A stretch of DNA of 64,000 nt from Camelus ferus. Taxonomy: Eukaryota. The notes beneath the pieces are model-generated. The model ran no database searches and had not been told where the DNA came from. It worked only from the letters and a program-made list of their open reading frames with translations. How positions within the stretch are numbered: position 1 is the stretch's first letter; every line of letters begins with the position of its first letter. Shown here piece by piece: positions 62,270 through 64,000 of the stretch. The stretch covers positions 932,001 through 996,000 of the forward strand of contig NC_045698.1 of NCBI RefSeq assembly GCF_009834535.1. Reading direction: 5' to 3'. Position numbers and translations under genes: made by a program.

Positions 62270-64000
62270 ACTTTGGTGAAGTCTGGTTATCAAGTTAGTG
62301 GCTGTTGCCTCCCGTCTTTGTCTCAGGAGACGCGGCCCATCCGGGCTGGGACGCTCTCCTTCTGTGCCTTCTTCCGCAAGTCCGTGGCTCTCGTGTTCAC
62401 ACTTGGGTCTGAGCTGAGTTAACTTCTGTGTTTGCTGTGCGGTTGGGCTGGGGCTCGCTGTGTCCGTGTGGGTATCCAGCTGTCCCGGAGCCCTGTGTTC
62501 AGAGCCCTGTTTCCCAGGCCGGCGCTTCGGTCTTTGTCGGCCTCCAGCGCCCCCGGCAGCAGGGACTGTGTCCGCGTCGGGGTGTCGGCCGCCCTGCCCA
62601 GCTCTGCGCTCCCCTGTTACCGCAGCTCTCATGGGCCTGGGAGTCGGCAGGGTTTCCCCCAACTCAGGCGTCTTTTCCATCGCTTTGGCTATTCTAGGTC
62701 CTTTTCTTTCTTAAATATAAATTTTTAATTAGCCTGCCAGTTTCTACAATAAAAACCTCTGCTGGCATTTTCAAAGGGTTGTATTTAAATAACAGACATA
62801 TCCGGGGAGAACAGACAGCTTAATTGTGCTGAATTTTCCAGTCCAGAACATGCTGTATCTCTCCATTTATTTAAATCTTCTCGAATTTGTCTCAGAAATG
62901 TTTTGTAGTTTTCTCTGTGGAAATGTGCACATTAAAAAACCACATATCCTTAGTACTTTGTGGGTTTTGATGCTATTGTAAATGAAAGATCTTAAGTTTT
63001 ATTTTGCAGTCGTTTGCTGCTGGCACATGAACGTACAGCTGATTTTTGTTTACTCACCTCAAGTCCGACGCGTGTGGCGAGCCCACCTGTAACGTCTAAT
63101 GGTTGTCTGAAGACCAGGCCAGCGCTGCCAGGAAACGGCGAAGTGAGCAGCCGTGTCTCGCTTCTCAACTTAGCGGGAGAGTTCTGCCAGATGCCTTGTA
63201 TTTCACTGCTGAAACGATGGTGCGGTGTTTCTCGTCCAGTGGGTTAACACAGTGAACTAGGCCGGCTGGCGTTGAGCTGGTCTGGCGTTTCTGGCGTTTC
63301 TGGCGCCAGGCCTCTTGGCCACGACGCGTCACAGCGGGCGCTGCAGGGAAGGAGGCCCGGCTCTCCGCGCCGAGTGAGTCGCTGGGCTGGACTCGTCAGC
63401 GCCGTGCTCCTGAGGGAAACGGCCGTGGCTTTCCGCTCTTGGAATGCCGTCCGCTGATGGCGCTAGTGTCGGCCTGACTCCGTGCAGTCAGCTGGAAGGG
63501 CTTCCCTCCCCTCCGTCCTCTGAAGGAGCTTCTATGCCGTCGTCGCTCTTTCTTTCTTGTCTGGGACAACTTGCCAGGAAAGAGTCTGGATCTGGAGCCT
63601 TTTATTAAAAAATTAGTATCATCAACCGACGTCACTCTGTTTGCAGTCTTCTGTCTTTTGCGTTCTGGGAGGCGGTTTTAGGCAATCCGCTTCCTCCTTC
63701 CGAGCCGCGCAGTTAGTGGCGCGCGTTCGTGCGGGGTGTCTTTTTACTAAGGTGTGCTGGGTCTGCAGCAACGTGCCTTTTTTCCCCTTTCGGGCTTTGA
63801 AATTTGTGATTTCTGTTTTCTTGTCCATTCTTGATGAGTTTTACCAATTTTACGAGTCTTCTCACAGGACCAGTTGTTAAACGTCCTCTCCCCTGTCGCA
63901 CGTCTGCTGCGCTGCGGACTTCATTTCTGGCTTCCTTCTGTTACCGCTAGGCTTTGCTTGCAGGTGTGCCTCCGTAGTGCTTTTAGGGAGAAGCTTAGAT
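62270..64000 (-). mobile_element. Old L1 ORF2 (antisense), heavily decayed, continuing past the window end
   Basis: ttggctattctaggtccttt...tataaatttt...gccagtttctac; the 63622..63828 ORF KKTEITNFKARKG resembles L1 KTQITNIRNERG. Confidence 0.75.

Noticed and set aside
1..64000. Prokaryotic-style systems (CRISPR arrays, operons), rRNA/snRNA genes, telomeric arrays, intact retroviral genes
   Set aside because: None seen. The sequence is mammalian and largely non-coding, with only solo LTRs and decayed L1 ORFs.

Overview
GC-rich mammalian genomic DNA, most likely camelid (alpaca/camel), judged from five short tRNA-derived SINEs resembling vic-1 and artiodactyl-type L1 3' ends. The window looks like intergenic or large-intron sequence from a GC-rich, probably subtelomeric region. 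None of the supplied ORFs is a recognisable protein-coding gene: they are chance ORFs from high GC or decayed L1 fragments. Recognisable content is mostly transposon fossils (L1 pieces, MLT1/MLT2 LTRs, three solo copies of one ERV1-like LTR, MER82, MER81, MIR, SINEs), plus CpG-rich islands, AT-rich motif-dense blocks that look like enhancers, and CTCF-like sites. The most notable observations are: (1) a speculative chain of phase-compatible minus-strand exons at about 55.9-60.0 kb (unrecognised gene, pseudogene or lncRNA, or chance); (2) a four-half-site DR1 nuclear-receptor array between two divergent LTRs; (3) very short L1-tail insertions with clear target-site duplications (TSDs); (4) a strong GC/CpG drift in old repeats. 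I found no convincing new biological system. Repeat names come from recalled consensus sequences, not a database search, and many boundaries are approximate.
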